Origin: an uncultured virus (IMG/VR IMGVR_UViG_2671181191_000004)
Lineage: Duplodnaviria; Heunggongvirae; Uroviricota; Caudoviricetes
DNA: 64,000 nt
Reading direction: 5' to 3' (one strand)
Virus record (IMG/VR): IMGVR_UViG_2671181191_000004
Every line of letters starts with the position of its first letter. The first letter of the stretch is position 1. Below are positions 31,475 to 42,014 of the stretch, in pieces. The notes beneath the pieces are model-generated. The model was not told the origin of the DNA. It saw only the letters and a program-made list of their open reading frames with translations, and did no database searches. The position numbers were made by a program, and so were the translations under genes.

Positions 31475-31627
31475 AATTATAAATTTGTTAGTTAATAATG
31501 AGACAAAGAAATACATATACTTACAATTAATCAACCTTTTTCCTGCTTTTCTTTGATTTCAGCCACAATTTTCTCCAATTCGTCATAAAAACAAGCGCAC
31601 CCCAACTTAATGAGGTGCGCATTGTTT

Positions 31628-32326
31628 TTAAGAAGCATAATTGAACACTTGTGGATAATTACGCTTTTGATATTGGTTTCTCAGATAGCTAATCAAATTA
31701 TCGAAGTTAGTTATAAATCCTTCGTTTATTAAATCAGCAACTTTCTTTTCAAGCTGCCACAATTCACGTTGCTTTATTTCGTCACCATGCTTGTTACGCA
31801 ACATCTTTTCGTGATTATTAAAAATCACCCAATTTAATGCTTCACCAACCTTTTGCATAGCTTTAGGCATAAAATCCTTGGGAACTATCTTCATAACAGC
31901 AGATGAGAGTTCTTTGTAAGCGTCACCAGCATCGTTTCGATAGCGAATCATTTCATCATAGACAAACCGCAATACCTTGACTTCAAAAGTCGGATTTATC
32001 CACATGGCAAACTTGATAAAAAGTAGTGGGTTCATCCAGACCTTATCAGGAGTTTTTCCTTCTTTTGTATTTTTACCCTTAACTTTTATAAGCAGCTGAT
32101 TTTCACCAATGTCGGTTTTTGACCTATGGCTTTCATCGTCTGCAAGAGCCTTTAAAAACTCCTTAACTTTAGGACTGTCAATAAATTCAGACATCCTTCT
32201 TCTTGGATTACCTTCTACATTATTCCACTGCCGAAGAAGTTCACTACCGTCAAAATACCCATCACTTGTGCGCTGAACCACTGAAAAGCTATCAATGTAT
32301 CGCACCATTTCTTGATTTGTTTTCAT
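31628..32326 (-). CDS. KilA-N domain protein
   Basis: QRTSDGYFDG...WMNPLLFIKFAMWINP. Confidence 0.82.
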   Translation of the reverse strand: MKTNQEMVRYIDSFSVVQRTSDGYFDGSELLRQWNNVEGNPRRRMSEFIDSPKVKEFLKALADDESHRSKTDIGENQLLIKVKGKNTKEGKTPDKVWMNPLLFIKFAMWINPTFEVKVLRFVYDEMIRYRNDAGDAYKELSSAVMKIVPKDFMPKAMQKVGEALNWVIFNNHEKMLRNKHGDEIKQRELWQLEKKVADLINEGFITNFDNLISYLRNQYQKRNYPQVFNYAS

Positions 32327-32486
32327 ATCTTTGCGATCGTTTTAAAATTGAACCCCACCAAAGGACGCTCCTAACTTCATCCGATGGCGGGGTTTATACT
32401 TTTCAGCTGTTAGGATAGCTGCGTTATTTCTGTTTGCGAATTTACCACTAACCGATTATGTAATCTAAAAAGCATCGTGCGTAGTC

Positions 32487-32590
32487 ACGACAATCAATCT
32501 ATTGTCGTAAATTCGTTGCAAACTTATCTTATAATCGTGTGAAAGAAGAATTGTCGCCCATTGGGTTCGTGACATCAAAGCGATTATCAC
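32487..32590 (-). promoter_or_regulatory. Two tandem palindromic sites (32487-32508, 32569-32590), each 42 bp upstream of a -7-like box
   Basis: ACGACAAT-N6-ATTGTCGT with TAAATTCG (32437-32444); GTGACATC-N6-ATTATCAC with TAAGTTTG (32519-32526). Confidence 0.7.
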
Positions 32591-32630
32591 AAAATAATAG
32601 GCGGTGGTCTTATTTTAGCCTGTTTCATAC

Positions 32631-32798
32631 TCATTTCTTTAACGCTTCATCAATCAACCCACGAAGTTCTTTCAATTCTTCTTCGGTCAATCCATACACA
32701 TTACCCAGCACAGAGGGCTTTTCTATCTTCAAGCCATATTTTACCCCCCCCTGTTGCTTCTCTTTGGGCAGAATAGCAATTGTAAATCGTTTACTCAT
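32631..32798 (-). CDS. Small hypothetical protein (55 aa)
   Basis: Hand-translated MSKRFTIAILPKEK...EALKK*. Confidence 0.55.
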   Translation of the reverse strand: MSKRFTIAILPKEKQQGGVKYGLKIEKPSVLGNVYGLTEEELKELRGLIDEALKK

Positions 32799-32949
32799 TT
32801 CTTGTTACTTTTAGTTTTAATACAATGTTTCTAATCACTAATTTGGTAGCTCATAATTGGCGGTGGTCGGATATTAAGATTCATAATCATATTGGTTTTA
32901 AAAGACAGTCCCTAAAGTCGTGCGGAGACTGCCTTTCTGAATAATCGTG

Positions 32950-33198
32950 TTATCTCATCATTAATTCTACTCTACCAGTGACAGTAACGCCAATAATATA
33001 GCCTATATCACGAGAACACTCATTCAGCCTTGAAACTGTATCATCCAAACAGTCCCATTGTCCGGCATCCCGTAATTCTTTCTCATCCATTGTACCCGAA
33101 ACTATACTACGGGCTTGATTAATAAGATACATTGCTTTTAGTAAATCAGAATGAACAGCCTTGTTCTTTATCTCTTCAATATTGATTTCTGTTGCCAT
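32950..33198 (-). CDS. Hypothetical protein (paralogue of 25988-26236)
   Basis: High similarity to the copy. Confidence 0.75.
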   Translation of the reverse strand: MATEINIEEIKNKAVHSDLLKAMYLINQARSIVSGTMDEKELRDAGQWDCLDDTVSRLNECSRDIGYIIGVTVTGRVELMMR

Positions 33199-33203
33199 AG
33201 TCT

Positions 33204-33398
33204 TTATATTTTATGTGTTAGTACTCTACAAATCGCTTCATAAACTTGTGTTTTCTCAAATCTATTCAAGATTGATGCTTTATCGGCACCAAAAGTCAAC
33301 TCGCCACTTTTAAACTGATATATGGTAATTTGACCGTCTTCAGCATTATATCGGTATATCTTTACTTCTTGATTTTCAGCTATTAGTGTCATAGTCAT
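33204..33398 (-). CDS. Hypothetical protein (paralogue of 26243-26434)
   Basis: High similarity to the copy. Confidence 0.75.
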   Translation of the reverse strand: MTMTLIAENQEVKIYRYNAEDGQITIYQFKSGELTFGADKASILNRFEKTQVYEAICRVLTHKI

Positions 33399-33410
33399 TT
33401 CTTTTTTAAA

Positions 33411-33659
33411 TTACCACTGTTTTACCTGTTCTTTCAATTCGTCATACTTACCATTCATAAGCAATTCGACTTCACGATGAAAGTTTATATCGGTCAAACG
33501 ATACTCGACCAATGTACGCTTATAAGCATCACCATTTTGATGTGAGTTGATAAGGCGCATCATCTGTGTACTATCCAAACCATACTTGTTTTTGCGATTA
33601 AGGTTTGTAGCTCTTTTTTTATCGCTTTCTCTTAGTTCAATTGTTGCCATAATCTTCAT
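33411..33659 (-). CDS. Hypothetical protein
   Basis: 82-aa ORF in the small-gene operon. Confidence 0.65.
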   Translation of the reverse strand: MKIMATIELRESDKKRATNLNRKNKYGLDSTQMMRLINSHQNGDAYKRTLVEYRLTDINFHREVELLMNGKYDELKEQVKQW

Positions 33660-33691
33660 GTTTTGAGTTATTTATTCGTTTCTATCTACTT

Positions 33692-33973
33692 TTAATCACC
33701 ACAATACTGACTACCCATATAACCTTTGCTATTTGCGTTGTAGCAGTCAGACCAAGTAAGATTACTATCATTATAAGATGTACATTTTACGGGCTTCTGA
33801 TTAGCTAACAGAGCCTGTTTTTTAGCTTCTCTTTCTTCTGCGAACTTGATAGTATCTTTTGCCCAACGCCAAGCAAGTTTCAAACATTCGCCAAAGGTTC
33901 TACCCATTCTTGAATTACTTCTGTAGAAGCGATGAGCGTCTTTCATGATTTGGAATAAGTTGTAGCGTTTCAT
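33692..33973 (-). CDS. Hypothetical protein, leaderless homologue of 48263-48598
   Basis: Shared M..AH..YR, F.E..K.AWR and GS...GD C-terminus. Confidence 0.75.
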   Translation of the reverse strand: MKRYNLFQIMKDAHRFYRSNSRMGRTFGECLKLAWRWAKDTIKFAEEREAKKQALLANQKPVKCTSYNDSNLTWSDCYNANSKGYMGSQYCGD

Positions 33974-34146
33974 ATCTTTATATATTTAGTATTTCGTTTA
34001 CTTTGATGCGACAAATGTAAAGTATATAATCTACATAAACAATAAAACAAGTAAAGAATATACTATTCATTAACATTAATTAGTAAAGCACTTACTATAC
34101 ATATAGTTTTATAATGTATATTTGCACCATATTTAAATACACGATT

Positions 34147-34407
34147 ATGGAACATAGAATAAAAGAACTCATCAAAGAAAAAGGATATACTCAACAGGAA
34201 TTTGCTGATTTGTTGGGTATGTCTAGAGTTGGACTTGCTCAAATAGTAAATGGAAAGCCTTCATATCCAACTCTTGAAAAAATCGCTACTGCTTTAGATG
34301 TCCCTATGTGGCAACTCTTTGCTTCACCAGAAGATGTAAAAGGCGAGGAAGATAAAAACACTCTCACCTGCCCCAAGTGTGGTACTAAGTTTAAGATGGA
34401 GGAATAA
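34147..34407 (+). CDS. XRE-family HTH regulator with C-terminal CPKCG
   Basis: RIKELIKEKGYTQQEFADLLG...PSYPTLEKIA. Confidence 0.88.
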   Translation: MEHRIKELIKEKGYTQQEFADLLGMSRVGLAQIVNGKPSYPTLEKIATALDVPMWQLFASPEDVKGEEDKNTLTCPKCGTKFKMEE

Positions 34408-34423
34408 GAAGAACATATTTGAA

Positions 34424-34885
34424 ATGAACAAAGAGCAGACTAAATTAGCAGACAAGGCATATAAAGCATTCAAGGCTTTAAATGACCAATATTACAAGCA
34501 AAGAATTCAAGCTTTAGTTAGTGTAAATGAATATGGTTTTGCTATATTAATACTATGGTCCAGAATTGAAATCACTCTAAAGCTATTAAGATATTACGAA
34601 AAAATGGAAGAGTATCCAGATAAGCTGGATTTCATAAATAGAAATTGGAGAGTTTTGAGTAATACTTATCACAGCAACCCTAGTTATTATAATTTAATCA
34701 TCCAAAATAATCAAAAATCTCTTTGGAAAACCCGAGATAGAATTGCCCATGCAGCAATAACCATAACAAAGGAGGAATATGGTAATTATAAACTGGCAGC
34801 TGATTACTTTTTATCAAGCATCTCTCAGCATTTACAGCCCCTGAATGATTATAAAGCAAAAATGAATAGAAAAAGGAAGAAATGA
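34424..34885 (+). CDS. Putative HEPN-domain protein
   Basis: Helical; Rx4H motif RDRIAH with an upstream Glu (WSRIE). Confidence 0.55.
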   Translation: MNKEQTKLADKAYKAFKALNDQYYKQRIQALVSVNEYGFAILILWSRIEITLKLLRYYEKMEEYPDKLDFINRNWRVLSNTYHSNPSYYNLIIQNNQKSLWKTRDRIAHAAITITKEEYGNYKLAADYFLSSISQHLQPLNDYKAKMNRKRKK

Positions 34886-35503
34886 ACATCCCATCTCCGA
34901 ACAGAAGATGGAGTGTTCAAAATAACATCAAAATATAAATACTATGAAAACAGGGATTTTAATTATAAATATACTTCTACTCATTGGAGAGATTATTTTA
35001 GGTTGCATTTTACTATTTGGGAAATCTTATCTACAAAAGAAAGGTGAGAATACTGCTGATAAAGAGGATTCACAAAAAATAGCTATGCTCAAAAAAATAG
35101 GTGAGAATATAGCTACCAAACAGGATATTCAAGATATTACGAATAAAGTTGAATCTATAAAAGCAAGCTATAATGAATCTCTTGAAAGGCACAAAATGGA
35201 GCTTCAAAAAGAATTTGAAACTCACAAATATATAGTAGGCTTATGTAATTCCCTTGACAATCAACTCATCAAACTTATCTCTGATTGTAGCAAAATTATT
35301 GGTGCTGAAGGAGCGATTTATCCAGAGAACGATGAAGGCCTAATATATTCTGCTCGTAAATTATCTAATTTCCTACATGCGTATAGAACTAGATATGAGT
35401 CGAATAAACAAATTAGCGAATTAATGGATATTACATTAAAAATAAAATTAGAAGCAGAGCTACAAGGAGAAATGTATAATAAGTTATCGAAGCAAGATAA
35501 AAC

Positions 35504-36872
35504 GGCACTATAAAATATTTTGTGTAAATGGAAAATACGGGATTCAGGTTGAGTTCCGTATTTTTTATTTTATAGCTTTGCAAAATGAAGAAGATTATGA
35601 AAGAAAAGAATCAAGTAGTGCCTGATGAGGTATTAAGCAAGGAGTTCCTTAGCCAGTTCAAGACAGAAGCCGATGTGAGCAAGTTTCTGAAGCAGCTGCA
35701 TGCCCAAGTGTTGGAAAAGATGCTTGAAGGCGAAATGGATGCCCATTTGGGTTATGAAAAGAATTCTGTGGCAGGGAACAACACTGGTAATTCACGTAAC
35801 GGTAGCTATCCGAAGAAAATCCAAACCGAACATGGGGAAGCTGTCATATCTATTCCACGTGACCGTAGCGGTCAGTTTGAACCGATAGCAGTACCCAAGC
35901 ATGAAAGTCGTGGACTTTCTATAGAAAAGCTTGTTATTTCTCTATACGCCAAAGGAATGAGTGTTTCTGATATAGAGGAAGAAATGCGTGAGATTTATGA
36001 GATAGAACTCTCAACATCCGCCATTTCCATCATTACAAACAAGGTAAACCAGGCTGCCCAGGAATGGCAGAACCGCCCTTTGGATCCGGTTTATCTGATA
36101 GTATGGATGGACGGCATCGTCTTTAAAGTACGGGATAACGGCAAGATCATAAACAAGACCGTTTACCTTTGTGTCGGACTGAAACAGAACGGTTTGAAAG
36201 AAGTCCTTGGCATGTGGGTCGGTAAATCGGAAAGTTCTTCTTTCTGGATGGGTGTCCTGACTGATTTAAAGGCGCGTGGAGTGCAGGATATATTGATTAC
36301 CTGTACCGACAATCTGAATGGATTTACGGATACCATCCGTACTGTATTCCCTCAATCATCCACCCAGATCTGTGTGGTACATCAGATCAGAAACTCTTGT
36401 AAATATGTTGTTTATAAGGACAAGAAAGAGTTTACGGCAGATATGAAGAATATCTATAATGCACCCAATAAGGAGGTTGCTGCCACGGAACTTGACAATT
36501 TGGAAAAGAAATGGGCAGGAAAGTATCCTTATGCCATACTGTCCTGGAGAAACAACTGGGATGACCTGACTGTTTTCTTCCAGTTCCCTCTGGAAATCAG
36601 AAAAATAATCTATACCACAAATCTCATTGAAAACCTGAATGGGAAAATCAGAAAGTACACAAAATCAAAGCTTTCATTCCCTTCGGACGATGCCGTAAAA
36701 AAGACCGTGTATCTTTCACTTATGGAGATTGAAAAGAAATGGACAATGCCTATTTCAAACTGGGGATTGATTATGAACCAATTTATGCTTATATTTGAAA
36801 GCAGAATCCAGATATAAGAAGAAACTTATAACTGAATCCTGTTTCCATTTACACAAAATTTTGGACAGTGTC
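35504..36872 (+). mobile_element. IS256-family insertion sequence
   Basis: Imperfect terminal IRs (GGCACTATAAAATATTTTGTGTAAATGGAAA / GACACTGTCCAAAATTTTGTGTAAATGGAAA); 8-bp duplication GATAAAAC at 35496-35503 and 36873-36880. Confidence 0.95.
35585..36817 (+). CDS. IS256-family transposase
   Basis: [28 protein letters not shown] and TTNLIENLN motifs. Confidence 0.95.
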   Translation: MKKIMKEKNQVVPDEVLSKEFLSQFKTEADVSKFLKQLHAQVLEKMLEGEMDAHLGYEKNSVAGNNTGNSRNGSYPKKIQTEHGEAVISIPRDRSGQFEPIAVPKHESRGLSIEKLVISLYAKGMSVSDIEEEMREIYEIELSTSAISIITNKVNQAAQEWQNRPLDPVYLIVWMDGIVFKVRDNGKIINKTVYLCVGLKQNGLKEVLGMWVGKSESSSFWMGVLTDLKARGVQDILITCTDNLNGFTDTIRTVFPQSSTQICVVHQIRNSCKYVVYKDKKEFTADMKNIYNAPNKEVAATELDNLEKKWAGKYPYAILSWRNNWDDLTVFFQFPLEIRKIIYTTNLIENLNGKIRKYTKSKLSFPSDDAVKKTVYLSLMEIEKKWTMPISNWGLIMNQFMLIFESRIQI

Positions 36873-37068
36873 GATAAAACAACGCTCATAAATTGTGTAT
36901 CTAATGCTCTATCCATCTTCTTACCTAAATTCAAATAAAGCCGGATTCCTCCGGCTTTTACTTTACCCACCTTCAGCCTCCAACAATAAAAAAACAGCAC
37001 CTAACCAAGCAAGTGCTGTTTCCAAATATTAATTGAAAGCTAAATAGAGCTTTGCTTTTCCTTCGAAA

Positions 37069-37449
37069 TTACGGCTCTTTCGTTCCAATGATAGTTTCTC
37101 CATTAACAGTAATGTCAATGTTCTTCCCCTTTTGTAAGTAATATACCTGTTGAACCCAGCGAATTGTAGTTTGACTTCCACCCTCCATTTTAACATAGAC
37201 TTTCACCTTTTCTGTTTTTTCATTTGCAGTGAACACCTTAGATAATCCCTGATGACATTCAATCGTGTTGTTAGCTACTTTTTCACCATCAGCACTGTAC
37301 TCAAACAAGATTACATTAGTTGTGATCATTGAATAATCTTCCAATTCCCAATTAAAAGTATAGGAAGTTGAAGCAGGATCATCATCATCAGAACATGATG
37401 TGAAAAGGAAAATAGGCAGTAAAGCCAGCATGAATAATACTTTTTTCAT
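37069..37449 (-). CDS. Lipoprotein moron
   Basis: Lipobox LFTSC followed by SDDDD acidic export-like stretch. Confidence 0.75.
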   Translation of the reverse strand: MKKVLFMLALLPIFLFTSCSDDDDPASTSYTFNWELEDYSMITTNVILFEYSADGEKVANNTIECHQGLSKVFTANEKTEKVKVYVKMEGGSQTTIRWVQQVYYLQKGKNIDITVNGETIIGTKEP

Positions 37450-37639
37450 AACTTTTATTTTGACTGTTAATTAATATGGTGCAAAGATAAACATTCGAAG
37501 CTAAATTTGTATAATATTATTTATCAATAATTTCAAATAAAATCATATGTTACTCAACAGATTAATAGAAAATAGAAATCAATAACTCAGAAAGAACTAA
37601 TTTCTAAATCATTAAAGTAAGACGGAATAATCCCGCCTT

Positions 37640-38208
37640 TTACTTTTTCCTCTTCAGCATATCCTTTCCAGATGTATTACTCACCTTCTCCCCATATACC
37701 ACATGTAATTTATCTTTCTGCATGATAATCAAATTGCGATATGGTATCTTATACACTATCTCATCATAAGACAGATGCAGATTTTCCATGAACGATGCAA
37801 TCTGTCCAAGTAAACAGTTATTTCCTGCTACCTCTGTTTCGCTGCCAGATCTGCTACGTTCTTCGCTAAAGCTGACAGCCTCGTAAAATTTTCAATCGAA
37901 ATCAATGACAAAGCAATGGATAAAGCTTCTACATTCTCTTCAAATGTTCCCCTTGATAATTCCTCAAACAGTTCATCATTCCCATTGATAAACCAAGAAA
38001 GGGCATGTGAGGCATTCGAAGTGTCTTTCATAGATCGGAATATATCCTCCAAGTTCTCTATCTTCCCAACATTCGACAGATAGCTTGCTGCTCCAGCTAT
38101 TTTATGAATGGTAGGAGGATAAATGATATACGACTTTCCATTCACTACCACAACTTTAAAATCATTGCCTATTATGGCATCCGAAACAATTCTCGCACCT
38201 TGATTCAT
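37640..38208 (-). CDS. Tail assembly chaperone (37828-38208) with predicted -1 frameshift extension to 37640
   Basis: Follows the major tail gene; slippery A-AAT-TTT at 37891-37885; -1 frame open to 37640. Confidence 0.65.
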
Positions 38209-38279
38209 AATCTTTAAATAAAAAAGGGTGAAGGCAGTAAATTCCACTCCCACCCTTCCATTAAATAATCTTATTTACC

Positions 38280-38822
38280 TTAACCTTCTGAAATGACCAC
38301 TTCCGATTCGTCAAACCACTTTTCGGAAGCCAATCCATCTACTCCTGTAGCAAGAGGAACGGCTGAAACAGCCAATCCAACAGCCTTATCAGTATTGGAT
38401 CCACGAGCATTGATAGCCGCTTTGGGAAACACAACGTATACACCATCTTTGGTTTTTCCAATGATACATTTATAAATAGGCTTGTATTTGCCTCTTTCCC
38501 AATTCTTTTCAGTGGCTTTTCCACCTTGCAAGTCTTCTTTGGTTTTGTAGTCATACTCACCAATGGTAAAGTTGATTTTCACCTCACCCGGTTCGGACGT
38601 TTCCCGGTAGTACTCACCTGTCAAGGCGTTTTTGTACCTCGTGACACTCGCCTCCGCTTCCTCGTACTGATACGTATCACCGTGTACGTTCTTGACCTGC
38701 TTCGTTGCTGCGTTTTTCAGAATAGCAGCAACTTCCGCGCCTGTTAATCCGGTAGCCGGAGTTGTAACCGTTTTAATAGATTCTGCGTAATACAATTCAT
38801 CAATTTCTACAGCTGTAATCAT
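38280..38822 (-). CDS. Major tail tube protein
   Basis: Position after the tail terminator, 180 aa, beta-rich. Confidence 0.65.
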   Translation of the reverse strand: MITAVEIDELYYAESIKTVTTPATGLTGAEVAAILKNAATKQVKNVHGDTYQYEEAEASVTRYKNALTGEYYRETSEPGEVKINFTIGEYDYKTKEDLQGGKATEKNWERGKYKPIYKCIIGKTKDGVYVVFPKAAINARGSNTDKAVGLAVSAVPLATGVDGLASEKWFDESEVVISEG

Positions 38823-38829
38823 AATTTTT

Positions 38830-39222
38830 CTAATTTACATTTAACACTTTAAATAATACTCTCACATTTACATAATGACACTTCAAAGCAATGTCCGCTT
38901 CTGTACCAATTGAATCAATGGAATAACGATAGGTCGTACCATCATAGGAACCTACCATATCATCCAGTATCTTCATGGCTTGTCTTTCAAATTCAGCCAA
39001 TCGAACAAGGTTTGCAATATTTGGCTCGATATCTGGAACACATAGATTAACCTCAACAAACCCTTTTTTCCAATATGTTTCCTGAGATTGTTCTTTTGTC
39101 CAAATGATTACTCTCTCGGTAGTTATTTCACCATCAGGAATATTTCCCTTTTGGTAAACTTCTATTCCGAAAGCCTTGCAATCTCGATAGAGAATGTTTC
39201 CTATATCGGTAGTTACTATCAT
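38830..39222 (-). CDS. Putative tail terminator
   Basis: Neck-module synteny and size. Confidence 0.55.
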   Translation of the reverse strand: MIVTTDIGNILYRDCKAFGIEVYQKGNIPDGEITTERVIIWTKEQSQETYWKKGFVEVNLCVPDIEPNIANLVRLAEFERQAMKILDDMVGSYDGTTYRYSIDSIGTEADIALKCHYVNVRVLFKVLNVN

Positions 39223-39517
39223 TCAAATTCTTCTTTTAACCGTTTCTCCGCATATATAGCGGCACCACTCAAAACATCAAACCCTTTTGGATTCCACGAA
39301 TGAAGCGTATTCTGCTTCGTTTTTTCAGCGTCAGACCGTCTTTATCGACATCGTAATCATTGGACGTTCTCAAAGTGAGCGTGTGGTCTTGATAGTTGCC
39401 GTGTTCTTCTGCGTACTTCACAGCTTCATCGCCCACGTCAATTATCTTCTTCTCGACTTCCCATTCTCCTTCATTGAAAAAGGAATCGACATCTGAAAAA
39501 TCAAAATCTACATCCAT
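39219..39517 (-). CDS. HK97 gp10-like protein; two apparent A-run indels
   Basis: Corrected end NEAEYASFVESKGFDVLSGAAIYAEKRLKEEFE*. Confidence 0.55.
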
Positions 39518-39840
39518 AACTCCGAGTAGTTAAAGTAGTTCGTACTCTTCACCGTGTAAACCTCACCTTGACCTCTCATGCTCTCGCCATCCATGCAACG
39601 GACTTCATCACCTGCCTTGATAGTAATTCTCTTCTCACACACTACGTGATAGTTAGGACGGTATACTTCTCCATTGACAGACTTAAACTCTTTAGTAGAG
39701 TTATCATCACAACGACACTTGCATACGTCCTGCCAACTTTCACCACCTGTACCAAGAATTGGTCGCCCAAACTCATCCATTTCAAATGGCGTAGTTACCT
39801 TAATCTGTAATATGTGTGGAGCGTAATACATAGTTACCAA
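39508..39840 (-). CDS. Putative head closure protein
   Basis: Synteny; DEFGRP motif. Confidence 0.5.
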   Translation of the reverse strand: MVTMYYAPHILQIKVTTPFEMDEFGRPILGTGGESWQDVCKCRCDDNSTKEFKSVNGEVYRPNYHVVCEKRITIKAGDEVRCMDGESMRGQGEVYTVKSTNYFNYSELWM

Positions 39841-40172
39841 AGATTAGAAGCGTCCTTAATCGTACTCAGGCCCACCAAAACAGATGCTTCATCATTCAGA
39901 GTGATCCCATATTTTCTAAGCATCAGGAGAGAACTGTTCTTTATCGAATCAGCACTCCAAGAGGTCGAAAAACCACTTTCGTCAATAGATGTAGGGTGAA
40001 GTATATTCTTATTCAAAAACTCGCTGATAGAGCCCGAAATAGCCTTCTTTTCCTCATCTGTCACCTCTCCTTCTGTCTCAAACCCGAAATCAATAGCGAA
40101 ATCAGAAGCTCCAGCATCGGATATTTCACCGATGTAGGAGAATCTCTGTTTTATGTAGTCAAGTGATGTCAT
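39834..40172 (-). CDS. Putative head-tail connector
   Basis: Synteny; SIDESGFSTSW motif. Confidence 0.55.
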   Translation of the reverse strand: MTSLDYIKQRFSYIGEISDAGASDFAIDFGFETEGEVTDEEKKAISGSISEFLNKNILHPTSIDESGFSTSWSADSIKNSSLLMLRKYGITLNDEASVLVGLSTIKDASNLW

Positions 40173-40510
40173 ACCTCAATGCCTAATGCCTCTTTCAGTT
40201 TTGCGATTGTTACTTCATCCAAAGCAGCCACATTCGCAATCAGGGTTTCCCCTTTCATGTTCATTGCCGCCTTATCGCCAATAGCCTTCAAAGCATCAAC
40301 CAAAGTCTTTTTCTCGAACTCCTTTTCAAAAAGGGAGATTTTCTCCTCTTTCTTTTCTCCAAAAGCCTTCACCTCTTCGACACACTCAGCAAGTTTGCGA
40401 TTTTCCAAGTCTCGCACACGGGCTTCGTCTTCTATTTCAACAACTTCACCAACACTATATAGTTGATGAGTGAATTTGTCACGGAAAACACTTGTAACCT
40501 TTACTTTCAT
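40169..40510 (-). CDS. Hypothetical head-module protein
   Basis: Directly after the capsid gene. Confidence 0.6.
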   Translation of the reverse strand: MKVKVTSVFRDKFTHQLYSVGEVVEIEDEARVRDLENRKLAECVEEVKAFGEKKEEKISLFEKEFEKKTLVDALKAIGDKAAMNMKGETLIANVAALDEVTIAKLKEALGIEV

Positions 40511-41595
40511 GCCTGTACCGTTTTAGAATCCAATGTATAAATTCTATCAACATTGTTGATGATAGGAACAACCATAGCCTGAGAAGAAGTAAATTCCCTC
40601 AATGGGTCGTTCTTTGAGTACTTGGACAACAGAATGAATTCATCTGCCACCTGGTATTCAACACCGGCAACCCGACGTGTTGTCTCAGCAGTATTCGTCC
40701 ATACCAAAGAACCAAGCTTTTCATCGCAAGTGAATACCACCATACCCTGTTGCCAAGGAGAATGAGATTTCTTAACACCGTTGATTTCCGTCTTGATCTT
40801 ACGGGCAACACGATGGAGGGTTACATCCCATTTGGTTTTTACAACCTGAGCCGCTTTGTCAAAATCCAGTGTCGGGACACCAACACCTTCCTGAGCGGTA
40901 ACCTTGTTATCAAAAGCATACTGACCACGGACTTGTTTACTTTGATAGAGTCCTTTCAAAGCTGCATCATCCAACCAGATATCAGTGACCGTATTCTGAT
41001 CTTCCAGAGCTTTATCAAATACCTTCTGCATATCGTCAAGAGGTGTTGATGTATCCGGATCATCCCACAAAACAGACACACCAAATTTGTTAGCCGTATA
41101 ATAACCAACATCGAGGCGAACACCGGTTCCATTATTGCGTTCACTCAAACCAATACCAGTCGACAGTTCAGAGAGGAACATATCTTCAATACGCTCCCAT
41201 ACACCTTCAAGACAACGTGGAAGATCATTGAAAATCTTATTCACGATTTGGTTGAGAGGTAAGCTCTGGGCAATCATGGCATCAATATCTTTCATCTGCT
41301 TTTCTGTCAGATACAGTTTCATACCAAGTTTAGGTATTTCACCGGAAGCTGTTTCTATTGAATCACGAGTCTTCAACGGAAGTTCAGAATCCAAAGAAAC
41401 GACATCGGCTGCTACACGGTTATACTCGGCCAGAATACTGGACCAGCGCCCATCGGCTGAAAAATCCGGTGTAAGCAACGTCTTATACATGTAAGGAAGC
41501 TGGTTAGCTCTCTTTTCGTTCAATCTCTCAACGATGGAAAGAACCAACTGAGGAAAGAATCTTTGAACATACTCTAGATAAAGTGATTTTTCCAT
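40507..41595 (-). CDS. Major capsid protein
   Basis: 362 aa after scaffold and decoration genes; lambda-E-like size and position. Confidence 0.8.
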   Translation of the reverse strand: MEKSLYLEYVQRFFPQLVLSIVERLNEKRANQLPYMYKTLLTPDFSADGRWSSILAEYNRVAADVVSLDSELPLKTRDSIETASGEIPKLGMKLYLTEKQMKDIDAMIAQSLPLNQIVNKIFNDLPRCLEGVWERIEDMFLSELSTGIGLSERNNGTGVRLDVGYYTANKFGVSVLWDDPDTSTPLDDMQKVFDKALEDQNTVTDIWLDDAALKGLYQSKQVRGQYAFDNKVTAQEGVGVPTLDFDKAAQVVKTKWDVTLHRVARKIKTEINGVKKSHSPWQQGMVVFTCDEKLGSLVWTNTAETTRRVAGVEYQVADEFILLSKYSKNDPLREFTSSQAMVVPIINNVDRIYTLDSKTVQA

Positions 41596-41598
41596 TTA

Positions 41599-42000
41599 CT
41601 ACGCCTCCTCGTCTTTAATGAAATCAATATGAGGGCAAGCTACCTTGAATGCATCCAGAATGGAAGCCATATCATAAGGTTTTGCCACATCGTTCACTTC
41701 TCCCCACGTCATAATTGACGCAAACGGTTTTGCTGTCCGTATGCTGCGATACAACACCCCTACATAGCTATGCCCTTCCGGTAATGCAGCATAAGCATTA
41801 TCAGATACAGGCATAGGCTTATAGGTGCTGTCACTGTCCTTACGAATAATTACATGACCGGCCTTGATTACCTTGTCTGCAAAACCTGTAACATCGAGCG
41901 TCCGGCCACCTTTAATGCCGGAGATATACTTCTGGATAACGATTGAATCATCACCGAAGACTACCTGCTCTCTTTCATTGTTTAAATTAGCTTTTGTCAT
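41599..42000 (-). CDS. Head decoration protein
   Basis: 133 aa between scaffold and capsid; VIKAGHVI...GVLY pattern. Confidence 0.6.
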   Translation of the reverse strand: MTKANLNNEREQVVFGDDSIVIQKYISGIKGGRTLDVTGFADKVIKAGHVIIRKDSDSTYKPMPVSDNAYAALPEGHSYVGVLYRSIRTAKPFASIMTWGEVNDVAKPYDMASILDAFKVACPHIDFIKDEEA

Positions 42001-42014
42001 CTCGTTCTTTTTAA

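Larger units (their letters stand above)
34944..36938 (+). pseudogene. Membrane-anchored protein gene interrupted by IS256
   Basis: Removing the IS and one target duplication restores ...SKQDKTTLINCVSNALSIFLPKFK*. Confidence 0.75.
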
